Below are positions 33,855-41,274 of a stretch of 63,570 bases of DNA, one piece after another (position 1 is the first letter of the stretch; every line of letters begins with the position of its first letter). Under the pieces are notes generated by a model that was given only the letters and a program-made list of their open reading frames with translations, was not told the origin of the DNA and searched no databases. The stretch spans positions 1 to 63,570 of the forward strand of contig JAAYBZ010000165.1 of assembly GCA_012744445.1 (NCBI GenBank). The letters run 5' to 3'. The stretch comes from Myxococcales bacterium. Its GTDB lineage: Bacteria; Myxococcota_A; Polyangia; Polyangiales; Houyiibacteriaceae. Both the position numbers and the translations under genes were made by a program.

Positions 33855-34847
33855 ATGAAGTCCCTTTCACTCGAAGCTCGCGTCGGTCTGCTCATCTTGG
33901 TGGCTGTCGGCCTCCTGGGCGCCTTCGTCTTCACGCTGAACCCCAGCCTCATCGAAGAGGGCTATCTGGTGTACGTCGACTTCAACAACCCGGGCGGCCT
34001 CAAGGGCGGCGCCCCGGTGAACATCGGCGGCATCCGGATCGGGCGCATCGAAGGCGTCGACTACCTCGGCGGCAAGGAAGATCCGATCACCAAGCGCCGT
34101 CCGATGATCCGCGTGCGGGCTCGCATCAACCGCGAGTACCTCGACACCATCTACGAAGACGCGCGCTTCTACGTCACCTCCACCAGCATCGTCGGCGAGT
34201 CGATCATGGCCATCGATCCGGGCGATCCGCGCAAGGAGCCGCTCGGCGAGAACGCCTACGTCATCGGCATCGATCCGCCGCGCATGGACCTCGCCTTCGC
34301 CAAGGCCTACGAGCTCCTCGAGACCATCTCCAGCCTCCTCGTCGACAACCGTGAGGACCTCGAGGGCCTCGTGAAGAACGCCTCGAGCCTGCTCGGCAGC
34401 CTCAACGAGATCATGACCAAGCACGGCGATCGCGTCGATCGCATCATCGAGAACGTCGAGTCGATCTCCGACGAGGCCAACGAGCTCGTCGCCGGCGCCA
34501 ACAAGATCGTCAACGGCCCGCGCGTCGCCCGCATCCTCCGCAACGTCGACGAGTCGCTCGCGGTCGTGAACCGCGACATCGACCCGATCATGAAGGACGT
34601 CCGCTCCATCACGCACAAGGTCGACGACGCCCTCGACATGATCGGCCCCAAGCAGCAGGAGCAGGTGAAGTCGATCCTCGAGGACGGCGCGGCCATCGCG
34701 GCCGACGCCAAGGCGATGGTCTCCCACATCCGGCAGGGTCGTGGGACCGTCGGCGCCATCCTCATGGACGAGGCCATGTACGACGACATCCAGGAGATGC
34801 TCCGCGACCTCAAGCACAACCCGTGGAAGCTCTTCTGGCGCGAGTGA
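33855..34847 (+). CDS. MlaD/MCE-domain protein with long helical C-terminal extension
   Basis: N-terminal TM helix, then an MCE domain (YLVYVDFNNPGGLKGGAPVNIGGIRIGRIEGV), then about 190 aa of predicted helical repeats. Confidence 0.88.
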   Translation: MKSLSLEARVGLLILVAVGLLGAFVFTLNPSLIEEGYLVYVDFNNPGGLKGGAPVNIGGIRIGRIEGVDYLGGKEDPITKRRPMIRVRARINREYLDTIYEDARFYVTSTSIVGESIMAIDPGDPRKEPLGENAYVIGIDPPRMDLAFAKAYELLETISSLLVDNREDLEGLVKNASSLLGSLNEIMTKHGDRVDRIIENVESISDEANELVAGANKIVNGPRVARILRNVDESLAVVNRDIDPIMKDVRSITHKVDDALDMIGPKQQEQVKSILEDGAAIAADAKAMVSHIRQGRGTVGAILMDEAMYDDIQEMLRDLKHNPWKLFWRE

Positions 34848-34903
34848 CGCCCGATTTCCCGCGAATATCGGTGTAGTTTCGGGTTCTTGCGCGTCACCTT
34901 CGA

Positions 34904-34933
34904 TTGACATCCGGCGCGCTCGGCCCTTATCCT
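34904..34933 (+). promoter_or_regulatory. putative sigma70-type promoter TTGACA-N18-TATCCT
   Basis: TTGACA at 34904-34909 and TATCCT at 34928-34933, about 85 nt upstream of the 35020 ATG. Confidence 0.35.
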
Positions 34934-35019
34934 TGGGGTTCGACGACGATCGCGCCCAAGGGTCGACCCCGTTGCGCGTCTAACCCCTCGATTCCTGATT
35001 CATACGGAGCGAAGCGACG

Positions 35020-35775
35020 ATGGCCGAAGAGAGCTCAGTTCTGTTCAACCTCAAAGAGCTGATGAACCTCGAGGAGGATCGCATCCGCCAGGAGGAGGAA
35101 GAGCGTCGCCGGCAAGAAGAAGAGGAGCGTCGCCGCATCGAAGAAGAGGCGCGCCGCCGCCGCGAGGAAGAAGAAGCCCGCCGCCGCGCCGAAGAAGAGG
35201 CGCGCCGCCTCGAGGAGAAGCGTCGCCTCGACGAGGAGGCCGCCCGCCTCGCCGCCATCGAGGCCGAGGCCGCCCGCGCCAAGGCCGAGGCCGAGGCCCG
35301 CGCCCGCGCCGAGGAGCAGCAGAAGCTCCTCGAGCACGAGCGCAAGATGGCCGAGCTCGAGGCCCAGAAGCGCAAGGGTCTCCCGCCCGCGGCCATCGCG
35401 GCCGTCGTGCTCCTCTTCATCGCCATCGGCGCCGGCGGATATTTCGGCGTCGTGGCGCCCATGCTCGAGCAGCGCGCCCGTGAGGCCCAGCTCGCCGCCG
35501 AGGAGGCCGCGCGCCTCGCCGAGCAGCGCGCCGAGGCCGAGCGCCTCCGCCTCGAGGCCGAGCGCCGCGCCCAGCAGACCGAAGAGGAGAAGCGCCGTCT
35601 CGAGCAGGAGAAGCTCGAGGCCGAGCGCAAGGCGGCGGCCGCCAAGACCTCGTCCTCCTCGTCGTCTTCGTCCATGACCTCGAGCTCGTCGACGATGAAG
35701 ACCACCTCGTCGTCCTCGATGAGCGGCTCCAGCATCGGCAGCTCCAAGGACCCGCTCGCGGGTCTGCCCTTCTGA
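35020..35775 (+). CDS. bitopic membrane protein with Glu/Arg/Ala-rich coiled coils on both sides of one TM helix and a poly-Ser tail
   Basis: The ATG is preceded by ACGGAGCGAAG. The protein has (E/R/A)n heptad-like low complexity, a central helix AAIAAVVLLFIAIGAGGYFGVVA, and a C-terminal S-rich tract. No family was recognised; it is TolA-domain-II-like in composition only. Confidence 0.55.
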   Translation: MAEESSVLFNLKELMNLEEDRIRQEEEERRRQEEEERRRIEEEARRRREEEEARRRAEEEARRLEEKRRLDEEAARLAAIEAEAARAKAEAEARARAEEQQKLLEHERKMAELEAQKRKGLPPAAIAAVVLLFIAIGAGGYFGVVAPMLEQRAREAQLAAEEAARLAEQRAEAERLRLEAERRAQQTEEEKRRLEQEKLEAERKAAAAKTSSSSSSSSMTSSSSTMKTTSSSSMSGSSIGSSKDPLAGLPF

Positions 35776-35782
35776 GTCCTTC

Positions 35783-36499
35783 ATGACCACGAGCACGCCG
35801 TCCGCTCGCGAGCGGCTCGTGCTCCCCCTCGACGTGCCCACCCTGTCCGAGGCTCGTGCGCTGGTCGCCGAGCTCTCCGGCGAGGTGGGCGTGTTCAAAG
35901 TGGGGCTCGAGCTCTTCACCGCCGAGGGCCCTCGCGCCGTCGAAGCCGTGCTCGACGCGGGCGCGCGCTGCTTCCTCGACCTCAAGCTCCACGACATCCC
36001 GGCCACCATGGCCGGCGCCGTGCGCTCCGCCGTCCGCCTCGGCGTCCACTACCTCACCCTCCACGCCGCCGCCGGGCCCGAGGGCCTCGCGCGATCGGCC
36101 GAGGCCGCTGCGGGCTCCGACACCACCCTCCTCGCCGTCACCGTGCTCACCAGCATGGACGCGGCGCAGCTCGCGGCCACGGGGCACGCCGAGCCGCCGG
36201 CCTCGCTCGTCGAGCGCTACGCCGCGCTGGCCATCGAGTCCGGCGTGCCGGGGCTCGTCTGCTCGCCCGAAGAATGCCGCGCCCTCCGCGCGCGTTTCGG
36301 CGAAGGCCCCGTGCTCATGGTGCCGGGCATCCGCCCCGCGGGGAGCGACGTGGGCGATCAGAAGCGCATCGCCACGCCGGCCGAGGCCATCGCGGCCGGC
36401 GCGAGCCTGCTCGTCGTCGGGCGACCCATCCGCGCGGCCGACGATCGTGTGGCCGCGGCGCGCGCGGTGGTCGCCGAGATCCAAGGCGCCCTCTCGTGA
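35783..36499 (+). CDS. pyrF: orotidine 5'-phosphate decarboxylase
   Basis: RLVLPLDV, FKVGLELF, FLDLKLHDIP and VVGRPI are OMPdecase signatures. Confidence 0.92.
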   Translation: MTTSTPSARERLVLPLDVPTLSEARALVAELSGEVGVFKVGLELFTAEGPRAVEAVLDAGARCFLDLKLHDIPATMAGAVRSAVRLGVHYLTLHAAAGPEGLARSAEAAAGSDTTLLAVTVLTSMDAAQLAATGHAEPPASLVERYAALAIESGVPGLVCSPEECRALRARFGEGPVLMVPGIRPAGSDVGDQKRIATPAEAIAAGASLLVVGRPIRAADDRVAAARAVVAEIQGALS

Positions 36500-37218
36500 A
36501 GCGCGTCCTCGCCGGCCCGCGGTTCATCCTCGAAGCGCTCGATCGTGACGATCCCGAGCCGCTCGAGGTGGTCTACGTCCTCGGCAGCGACGAGCGACGT
36601 CACGCCCGCATCATCGAGCTCGCGCGCGCGCTCGCGATCCGCGTCGAGCTCGTGAGCCGTAAGAAGCTCGACGAGCTCTCCGAGGGACTCCGCCACCAAG
36701 GGGTGATCGCGCTCGCGCCCGAGTTCCCCTACCTCACGCTGGAGGAGCTCCTCGCCCGCGCGCCCGAGCGCCCGCTCTTCGTCGCGCTCGACGAGATCAC
36801 CGATCCGCACAACCTCGGCGCCATCATCCGCAGCGCCGTCGCGTTCGGCGCCGACGGCATCATCCTCCCCTCGCGGCGGAGCGCCGGCGTCACGGGCGTG
36901 GTGAGCCGCACCTCCGCTGGCGCCGTCGAGCACGCCTCGATCGCCCGCGTGGTCAACCTCGCGCGCGCCCTCGAGACGCTCCACGACGAGGGCTTCGAGA
37001 TCCTCGGCCTCGCGGGCGAAGGCGAGACCTCGCTCGACACGATCGAGCCCTCGCCGCACGGCCGTGTCCTCGTGATCGGCTCCGAGGGCCACGGCCTCCG
37101 CGAGCTCACGCGGAAGCGCTGCGACCAGCTCGTGCGCATCCCCATGGGCGGGCCCATCGCCTCGCTCAACGCATCCGTGGCGGCCGGCATCGCCCTCTAC
37201 GCCCTCCGCCGCCGCTGA
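36496..37218 (+). CDS. rlmB: TrmH/SpoU-family RNA 2'-O-methyltransferase (RlmB-like)
   Basis: The GTG at 36496 overlaps the pyrF stop (GTGA). The protein has an N-terminal substrate-binding domain plus the SpoU motifs LDEITDPHNLGAIIRSA, VIGSEGHGL and SLNASVAAGIALY. Confidence 0.8.
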   Translation: MKRVLAGPRFILEALDRDDPEPLEVVYVLGSDERRHARIIELARALAIRVELVSRKKLDELSEGLRHQGVIALAPEFPYLTLEELLARAPERPLFVALDEITDPHNLGAIIRSAVAFGADGIILPSRRSAGVTGVVSRTSAGAVEHASIARVVNLARALETLHDEGFEILGLAGEGETSLDTIEPSPHGRVLVIGSEGHGLRELTRKRCDQLVRIPMGGPIASLNASVAAGIALYALRRR

Positions 37219-37254
37219 CGTCATCGTCGGTTCGTCGCGCGCGGCGAAAGGGCT

Positions 37255-38010
37255 ATGATCCGCCTCGTGGACCGGAACGCTGCGATCCTGATCATCGGCA
37301 ACGAGATCCTCACGGGGAAGATCCAAGACGAGAACACGCCCTTCCTCGCGCGTGAGCTCTTCTCGCTCGGCATCCGGCTCGAGCGCGTGATCGTCTGCCC
37401 CGACGACATCGACACGATCGCGCGCGATCTCCGCGAGCTACGCACGAGCCACGACGTGGTCTTCACCAGCGGCGGCGTGGGCCCCACGCACGACGACCTC
37501 ACGCTCGACGCCGTGGCCAAGAGCTTCGACACGCCCATCGCCCGCTCCGGCGAGATGGAGGCGCTCATCCGCGCGCACTTCGGCGAGCGCACCACCGAGG
37601 ACCACCTCCGCATGGCGCTCATGCCGGTCGGCGCGCGCCTCGTCCACGGCTTCGACGTCGCCTGGCCCACCGTGGCCATCGAGAACGTCTACGTCCTCCC
37701 CGGCGTGCCCGAGATCCTCCGCCGCAAGTTCTCCGTGATCCGCAAGGAGCTCGATCGCGGCGAGACCTTCTTCAGCGAGGCCGTCTTCACGCTCGCCGAC
37801 GAAGGCGAGATCGCGGGCATCCTCCACGAGCTCACGCGCGCCTTCCCCGCCCTCGTGATCGGCAGCTACCCCAAGATGCCGGGCGCGGCCGACCACCGCG
37901 TGAAGGTCACCTTCGACGGCAAGGACGAGGCCGACGTGAGCGCGGCGGCGGAGGCCTTCGTCACCAAGCTCCCGCGCGAGAAATTCCTCCGACGCGAGCG
38001 CGTGATCTGA
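37255..38010 (+). CDS. molybdopterin-binding (MoCF_biosynth / CinA N-terminal-like) domain protein
   Basis: AAILIIGNEILTGKIQDENTPFLARELFSLGI...VFTSGGVGPTHDDLT is the MoaB/Mog/CinA-N fold signature. An ~80-aa C-terminal extension follows. Confidence 0.8.
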   Translation: MIRLVDRNAAILIIGNEILTGKIQDENTPFLARELFSLGIRLERVIVCPDDIDTIARDLRELRTSHDVVFTSGGVGPTHDDLTLDAVAKSFDTPIARSGEMEALIRAHFGERTTEDHLRMALMPVGARLVHGFDVAWPTVAIENVYVLPGVPEILRRKFSVIRKELDRGETFFSEAVFTLADEGEIAGILHELTRAFPALVIGSYPKMPGAADHRVKVTFDGKDEADVSAAAEAFVTKLPREKFLRRERVI

Positions 38011-38502
38011 TCAGCCGACGAGCTCGCAGATCACCACGGGGATCGTGCGCTCCGTCCAGCGCGCGTACTTGTCGAAGTCGGCGTAGTGCGCGACGAGCTT
38101 GGGCCAGTAGTAGGCGCGCTCCTCGGGGTCGGCCGGGCGCGCGTTGTAGCTGCGCTCTTCCTTGCCGATCTGGATGGAGACGAGCGGGTTGGCGAGGATG
38201 TTCTTGTACCAGAGGGGGTCCTTGGGGAGCCCGCCCTGCGAGGCCACGAGGATGACCTTGTCGCCGTCCTGGATGAAGACGAGCGGCGTCGTGCGCGGCT
38301 GCCCCGACTTCCGGCCGATCGTGGTGAGCAGGCAGATGGGGATCCCCTTGGGGAAGGCCGAGCCCACGCGCCACTTGCCGCCGAGGCGCCCGCCGGTCGC
38401 GCGGTAGAGGGCGACGTTCGCCCGAGACATCACCTTCATCATCTTGGGCACCCAGGGGGCGTCGAGACCCTCGGGCTTCTCTTCGGGGAGGTTCATCCGC
38501 AT
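38011..38502 (-). CDS. deazaflavin(F420)-dependent nitroreductase (DDN) family protein
   Basis: MKVMSRANVALYRATGGRLGG...LLTTIGRKSGQPRTTPLVFIQDGDKVILVASQGG...DPLWYKNILANP...YYWPKLVAHYADF matches the PF04075-type pattern. Confidence 0.8.
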   Translation of the reverse strand: MRMNLPEEKPEGLDAPWVPKMMKVMSRANVALYRATGGRLGGKWRVGSAFPKGIPICLLTTIGRKSGQPRTTPLVFIQDGDKVILVASQGGLPKDPLWYKNILANPLVSIQIGKEERSYNARPADPEERAYYWPKLVAHYADFDKYARWTERTIPVVICELVG

Positions 38503-38511
38503 GCGGGTTGA

Positions 38512-39084
38512 TTACTTGCTCCCGCGGCGTCCGCCAAGGTCCCGCGTCGAAAAGCGGAGGGCTCGCCCGAGCCCGAGCGAGAGGATCCCCATCGCCGTGA
38601 GCGCGGCGACGAGCACGTAGGCGCCGGCGCCCGGCGTCAGCGTGGAGCCTCCCCCCGCCGCGAGCTCCACGCCGCGACGGAGCGCCACGAGCACCGACGC
38701 GAGTCCGATCACCGTGGCGAAGAAGAGCGCCACCCGTACGCGGCCGAGGACCTTGGCGTCGTGGATCGAGAAGAGCGCGCCGAGGATCACCACGGGCGCG
38801 AGGAAGGCCACCCAGAGGCTCTCCCCGCCCGCGAGCGCCACGCCGAGCGCGCTCACCGGCGGGCGCAGCCCCTCCTCGTCCACGAAGAAGGGCAGGAAGA
38901 ACGCGACGCACGCCACGATCGCCGCGAGCATGAGACCCACCCGCCCTCGCGCGGGCGGGGGCGGAGGCGCTCCTTCGTCCCCCTCGAGCGATTCGGGCGG
39001 GACGAGCTCGAGGTCGTGATCCGGGCAGCGCGTCTCGCCCTCGAACGATTCACGGCAGAACGGGCAGATGCGCGTCTTCGCCAT
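38512..39084 (-). CDS. zinc-ribbon (CxxC...CxxH) polytopic membrane protein
   Basis: The ATG at 39084 gives [27 protein letters not shown], followed by about 4 hydrophobic helices. It overlaps the upstream gene's end by 35 nt. No family was recognised. Confidence 0.55.
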   Translation of the reverse strand: MAKTRICPFCRESFEGETRCPDHDLELVPPESLEGDEGAPPPPPARGRVGLMLAAIVACVAFFLPFFVDEEGLRPPVSALGVALAGGESLWVAFLAPVVILGALFSIHDAKVLGRVRVALFFATVIGLASVLVALRRGVELAAGGGSTLTPGAGAYVLVAALTAMGILSLGLGRALRFSTRDLGGRRGSK

Positions 39085-40126
39085 CGACCGATCGTACACC
39101 GCCCGCGGCCCACGCAAAGGGCTCGCCGCCGACCGCGTGCGTCGACGCGAAGACCGCGCCGCTCACGTCCTCGAGCTCCACGCGATAGCGGCCCGGCGGG
39201 AGCCGATCTCCGAGGTCGAGCCGCACCGTCGCGCGCGCGCCGAGCGGAACGACGAGGCCGTGGGGGCCAGGCCTCACCTTCACGAGCCAGCGGTTCTCGA
39301 TGGCCTCCGCGGGGATCGAGGCCAGCGCGTCGGCGTCCATCGCGAGCACGGGCGCTCCGCGCTCGTCGAGCACGCGGAGGGCGACGAGGAAGGCGCCGTA
39401 GGTCTCGGGCCCGACGGGACGCTCGAGGGTGAGGCGCAGCGATCCATCCCATTGCTCGAGCCCGAGCACGTCCACGCGCGGCTTCACCGAGTCGTTGTGC
39501 AGCGTGCCGAAGACCCCGCCGTGGAAGATCTGGTTGGTGGCGAGCGTGACCGCGAAGATCCCCGCGGCCAGGGCCGCCGTGAGGAGGAGCGACGGCGTCG
39601 GCGTCGGATCGGCCGCGAGCCGCGCGAGACGCGGGCGCATCCACGCGGGGCGCGCACGCGCGATCCAGGCGTCCACGGAGAGCGGGCCCGCCCCGCCGAG
39701 CAGGAGCGCCGCGCCGCCGGCCATGCCCATCGCGCCGATCTGCCATTCGTCGAGGCATGTCGGCCCGAGCCAGCCGGCGCCGAAGAGGATGCCGGCGGAG
39801 AGCATCAGCGTCCCGAGCGCGGCGAGCCGCGTCCCGAGGCCGAGCATCAGCGCGAGCCCCACCAGGGCCTCGATGAGGGTGAAGGTCCAGAGGAAGGCGT
39901 GGAGGAGCTCGGGGCGATCGAGGAGGAAGGCGATGAGATCGCCGACCCCGAAGATGGCCCCTGGCATGAACTGGTTGAACTTCTCGCCCACGTAGCCCGC
40001 CGCCTCGGGGACGAGCTTCTGCGGCTCGAGGATCACCCGGCGGTGGAAGGCCGAGAAGAACATCCAGCCCACCACCACGCGGAGCACGAGCATGGCGGGC
40101 GCCGGCGCCTTGGACACCGCGCTCAC
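39050..40126 (-). CDS. DoxX/DoxD-family membrane protein with C-terminal DoxA-like periplasmic domain (DoxDA-type, putative thiosulfate:quinone oxidoreductase-like)
   Basis: The GTG at 40126 overlaps the regulator's stop (GTGA 40123-40126). The N-terminal 4-helix DoxX/DoxD pattern is [13 protein letters not shown]...[20 protein letters not shown]. An extra TM helix and a ~170-aa beta-rich C-terminal domain follow. The DoxA assignment is tentative. Confidence 0.7.
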   Translation of the reverse strand: MSAVSKAPAPAMLVLRVVVGWMFFSAFHRRVILEPQKLVPEAAGYVGEKFNQFMPGAIFGVGDLIAFLLDRPELLHAFLWTFTLIEALVGLALMLGLGTRLAALGTLMLSAGILFGAGWLGPTCLDEWQIGAMGMAGGAALLLGGAGPLSVDAWIARARPAWMRPRLARLAADPTPTPSLLLTAALAAGIFAVTLATNQIFHGGVFGTLHNDSVKPRVDVLGLEQWDGSLRLTLERPVGPETYGAFLVALRVLDERGAPVLAMDADALASIPAEAIENRWLVKVRPGPHGLVVPLGARATVRLDLGDRLPPGRYRVELEDVSGAVFASTHAVGGEPFAWAAGGVRSVDGEDAHLPVLP

Positions 40127-40770
40127 GCCGACACCTCGAGGGGACGCCCCTCGCCGCGCCACTCGGGCACGCCGAAGAGGAGGCGCTCGGCGCGGAGCCC
40201 CTTCCCTCGGAGGAGGGCCGTGCCGCGACGCGCCTTCGGGCAGTACTTCCCGCGGCAATAGACGAGGATGCGCTTCTTCTCGGGGAGCGCCGTCCAGCCC
40301 TCGGCGAGCCCGTCGAAGGGCAGGGAGACCGCGCCCGGGAGGTGCCCCGCGCGGTACTCGGGCTCGGGGCGGAGATCGGCGAGGACCACCGCCTTCCGCG
40401 CGTGGAGGGCCTCGAGCGCGTCGGGGCCGACCTCCGACGCCGCCTCGTCACGCTCCTGCGCGAGCAGCTGGAGCGGGGGCGAGATCGCCTCGGCCGCCTC
40501 TCGGAGCGCGAGGAAGAGGCGCAGCGGCGCCTCGCCGTTCGGGTGCTGCACGGCGTATTTCCCGCTCCGCTCGGCCCGGACGAGGCCCGCCTCTCGGAGC
40601 GCCTTCATGTGCGCGGCCGTATTCGCCACGCCCGCCCCGAGCTCGGCCGCGAGCTCCTCGATGCTCCGCGGCTTCTGGAAGAGGAGGTGCAGCGCCCGCG
40701 CCCGCACCGGGCTCGCGAGCGCCCCGGCCACCCGGGCGAGCTCGCCGTAGACGACTTCGCGTTCGGTCAT
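40123..40770 (-). CDS. ArsR/SmtB-family transcriptional regulator fused to a rhodanese domain
   Basis: w[51 protein letters not shown]. The C-terminal rhodanese has [23 protein letters not shown] and the active-site loop YCRGKYC. ATG 40770 is preferred; TTG 40782 lies inside the operator palindrome. Confidence 0.85.
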   Translation of the reverse strand: MTEREVVYGELARVAGALASPVRARALHLLFQKPRSIEELAAELGAGVANTAAHMKALREAGLVRAERSGKYAVQHPNGEAPLRLFLALREAAEAISPPLQLLAQERDEAASEVGPDALEALHARKAVVLADLRPEPEYRAGHLPGAVSLPFDGLAEGWTALPEKKRILVYCRGKYCPKARRGTALLRGKGLRAERLLFGVPEWRGEGRPLEVSA

Positions 40771-40776
40771 CCAACC

Positions 40777-40805
40777 ATTCAATCATTTATTTGAATGATT
40801 GACAA
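40777..40805 (-). promoter_or_regulatory. AT-rich palindromic operator embedded in a putative promoter of the ArsR-rhodanese operon
   Basis: TCAATCATT (40779-40787), then a 6-nt spacer, then AATGATTGA (40794-40802), a perfect 9-bp inverted repeat. On the minus strand it lies between TTGTCA (40805-40800) and TTGAAT (40782-40777) with a 17-nt spacer. The predicted TSS is at about the ATG at 40770. Confidence 0.5.
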
Positions 40806-40911
40806 GGTCGAGCCCTGTCGAGCGACGGCGGCGGCCCTGTCGTTCCCCCGCACGATGGGCGCGCACGCGGAGCGTGCCGGCGCTGGGCGGCTCGGACACG
40901 GCCTAGGCCAG

Positions 40912-40941
40912 AAACGAAAACGGGCTCCACGCGGGAGCCCG
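40912..40941 (-). terminator. Rho-independent terminator downstream of tRNA-Val
   Basis: The minus strand reads CGGGCTCC-cgcgt-GGAGCCCG (8-bp stem, 40921-40941), followed by TTTTCGTTTC. Confidence 0.65.
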
Positions 40942-40961
40942 TAAATCGTTGAGTTCTTTAG

Positions 40962-41033
<72 letters not shown>

Positions 41034-41062
41034 GGGACGCCTTCTGGTGGCGCGGGACACGG

Positions 41063-41091
41063 GGGATAGCTTCGCCTTCGATCGCTGTCAA
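41063..41091 (-). promoter_or_regulatory. putative sigma70-type promoter TTGACA-N17-TATCCC for tRNA-Val
   Basis: Minus-strand TTGACA at 41091-41086 and TATCCC at 41068-41063. The predicted TSS is about 23 nt upstream of the mature 5' end. Confidence 0.4.
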
Positions 41092-41274
41092 GGACGAACT
41101 GCGAGGTCGCGTTCGGAAAGCGGCTCGGAGGGCCGCCGGACGGGGTGGACGAGGTGTTCGGCCCCCGTTTGCGATTTCGGCGACACGCTGATAACGATCC
41201 CGCCCATGCCACCGGAGACCACCGCGGGCGGCAGTTCTCACCCGCCGTCTCACCGACCTCTGCCCTCGGTCGGC

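Noticed and set aside
29786-35775. A type III secretion system cluster around the SctJ-like gene.
   Set aside because: No SctV, SctN, SctRST, SctU, SctC or SctQ, and no flagellar homologues, are encoded here. The neighbouring ATPases are ABC (MlaF-type), not F1/SctN-type.
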